Part shown: positions 52,369 to 53,683 of the stretch, in pieces | How positions within the stretch are numbered: the first letter of the stretch is position 1 | Layout: the number at the start of each line of letters is the position of its first letter | DNA from: an uncultured Planctomycetales bacterium | GTDB taxonomy: Bacteria > Omnitrophota > Gorgyraeia > Gygaellales > Profunditerraquicolaceae | Length of the DNA: 53,683 nucleotides | Direction: 5' to 3' | Assembly (NCBI GenBank): GCA_964362795.1 | Contig: CAYIFW010000001.1 | Coordinates: 14,483 to 68,165 of the forward strand | The notes under the pieces: model-generated | What the model was told of the DNA's origin: nothing | The model's input: the letters and a program-made list of their open reading frames with translations, nothing else | The model's database searches: none | Program-made: the position numbers and the translations under genes

Positions 52369-52545
52369 TTAGATCCCCAGCTTCTCTTTAACTAATCTGG
52401 CGTAAATCTTATTTATGCGCGAAGTTTTAAACCATCTCTCAACCGTAGATACCTGAACATCAACAATCCTGGAAATATCAAATAAAGTATAACCTTTTTG
52501 CTGTTTTATAATCTTGATTTTATTTATCAGCTCCTTATCTAGCAT
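52369..52545 (-). CDS. Small (58 aa) helix-turn-helix protein, not in the ORF track
   Basis: My translation is MLDKELINKIKIIKQQKGYTLFDISRIVDVQVSTVERWFKTSRINKIYARLVKEKLGI. The ATG at 52543-52545 shares one base with the upstream P-II TAA (TAATG). The stop is at 52369-52371. Confidence 0.5.
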   Translation of the reverse strand: MLDKELINKIKIIKQQKGYTLFDISRIVDVQVSTVERWFKTSRINKIYARLVKEKLGI

Positions 52546-52883
52546 TAAACAGCGCCCTCGCCTTTTTCCCCGGTACGGATCCTTATAACATCATCAACCG
52601 GATAAATAAATATCTTTCCATCCCCAATTTCTCCGGTCCTAGCATTATCAATTATAACCTTGCTTATCCGGCCGACATCCTGATCTTTAACGATAACTTC
52701 TATTTTAGTCTTCGGAAGAAGTTCGACTTTATATTTCTCTCCTCTCCATTGCTGAACAACTCCCTTCTGCTTACCATGGCCTTCAATCTCAGAGATCATC
52801 AGTCCAGCCACCCCGGCTTCACTAAGAGCGCTACGTACTGCATCAACACTTTCTGGCCTAATAATAGCTTCTATCTTTTTCAT
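52545..52883 (-). CDS. glnK: P-II nitrogen regulatory protein (GlnK-like, amt-linked)
   Basis: 112 aa. MKKIEAIIRP, T-loop GHGKQKGVVQQWRGEKY and GDGKIFI. Confidence 0.92.
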   Translation of the reverse strand: MKKIEAIIRPESVDAVRSALSEAGVAGLMISEIEGHGKQKGVVQQWRGEKYKVELLPKTKIEVIVKDQDVGRISKVIIDNARTGEIGDGKIFIYPVDDVIRIRTGEKGEGAV

Positions 52884-52909
52884 TTTAACCTCCGCAATAT
52901 AAAAAACTT

Positions 52910-53683
52910 TTATTTACTCTTAATATCAAGAAATGAGTAAACAGGTTTCCTGCCATAAAATTCAGGATAGGCGGAATTGCCATGTTCACCAATATCAAGC
53001 CCTTCAATTTCTTCCTTGAGAGAGACTCTTATGCCCATTGTATATTTTAAACCAATCCAAAAGAGAAGAGAAACTAAAAAAGTAAATACTGCTACTCCTA
53101 AAACTCCGAACAATTGAGGCATTAAAAGTTTCGTCCCCCCTCCATAAAATAAACCATTTCCCGTAGCTATACCAACTAATTTATCTTGCGCAAATAAGCC
53201 CACGCAAAGCGTACCAAAAATACCATTTACCAAATGCACTGAAAGTGCTCCTACAGGATCATCAATCTTAAGCTTATCAAACATAATAACGGCCAAGACT
53301 ACAAGTATGCCGGCGATTGTACCGATAATAAGAGAGCTCGATACACTTACAAAAGCGCAAGGAGCAGTAATCGCCACTAACCCTGCAAGGCATCCGTTTA
53401 AAGTCATGCCTAAATCCGGCTTACCTAACAATACCCAAGATAATAAAGTCGCGCTAATCGTTGCCATTGCCGCGGCCATATTCGTAGTAATTGCCACATG
53501 GCTAATCGCCATAGGATCAGCCGACATTGTAGAGCCAGGGTTAAAACCAAACCATCCAAACCAAAGCACAAAAGTTCCTAATGTTGCCATTGATAAATTA
53601 TGCCCCGGTATCGGATTAATCCTTCCTTTGGCATATTTTCCAAAACGCGGACCCAATACTAAAATCCCGGATAAAGCTGCCCA
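52910..53683 (-). CDS. amt: Ammonium transporter, C-terminal part (the N-terminus lies beyond the window end)
   Basis: The frame stays open to 53683 (…WAALSGILVLGPRFGKY...). The track's M at 53656 is an internal TTG. GALSVHLVNG. The protein has a C-terminal cytoplasmic tail. Confidence 0.9.
   Translation of the reverse strand, partial: WAALSGILVLGPRFGKYAKGRINPIPGHNLSMATLGTFVLWFGWFGFNPGSTMSADPMAISHVAITTNMAAAMATISATLLSWVLLGKPDLGMTLNGCLAGLVAITAPCAFVSVSSSLIIGTIAGILVVLAVIMFDKLKIDDPVGALSVHLVNGIFGTLCVGLFAQDKLVGIATGNGLFYGGGTKLLMPQLFGVLGVAVFTFLVSLLFWIGLKYTMGIRVSLKEEIEGLDIGEHGNSAYPEFYGRKPVYSFLDIKSK

Noticed and set aside
1-53683. CRISPR arrays, transposases, integrases, phage genes, toxin-antitoxin or restriction/defence systems, tRNA or rRNA genes
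   Set aside because: I saw no tandem repeat-spacer pattern, no recombinase, transposase or nuclease-like translation in any listed ORF, and no cloverleaf-capable or rRNA-like sequence in the few intergenic regions. The window looks like core energy and nitrogen metabolism rather than an accessory island.

Overview
This is a 53.7-kb window from an AT-rich bacterial genome of anaerobe type. All genes but one lie on the minus strand and are packed very tightly, with many ATGA, TAATG and GTGA start/stop overlaps. I found no rRNA, tRNA, CRISPR array, transposase or integrase. All assignments come from reading motifs in the supplied translations and the DNA; no similarity search was run.

The window has four blocks:

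1. 405-10653: one operon behind a sigma70-like promoter whose -10 element is covered by a near-consensus Rex box. It encodes a four-subunit group-3b-type [NiFe] hydrogenase (beta subunit frameshifted in a homopolymer), the endopeptidase, a HypA that lacks its zinc domain, a HypC-domain::radical-SAM fusion, rex, the [FeFe]-type maturase HydG and an NfnAB-like pair.
2. 12311-40434: a roughly 28-kb uninterrupted array. It contains an NQR-type membrane core (NqrA-E-like), an NqrF-ferredoxin::NuoE fusion, HndB- and NuoF-type subunits, a DRTGG/CBS-kinase/PHP/HATPase module and a HydA/NuoG-N-terminal-like ferredoxin. These are followed by MenA, a polyprenyl synthase, ApbE, a complete siroheme-dependent (Ahb) haem pathway, two multihaem cytochromes c and CcsBA.
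3. 40569-41587: exbBD.
4. 41643-53683: nitrogen assimilation, with gltBD, a mini NtrC-like HTH protein, type III glutamine synthetase, two amt-PII pairs and a small unlisted HTH ORF.

The two best candidates for undescribed biology:
- An NQR-like pump whose NqrF reductase appears to be replaced by a NuoEF-type flavoprotein module.
- A [NiFe] hydrogenase operon carrying HydG plus a HypC::HydE-like fusion instead of the canonical hyp genes.

A short palindromic repeat is also inserted in frame inside gltB.
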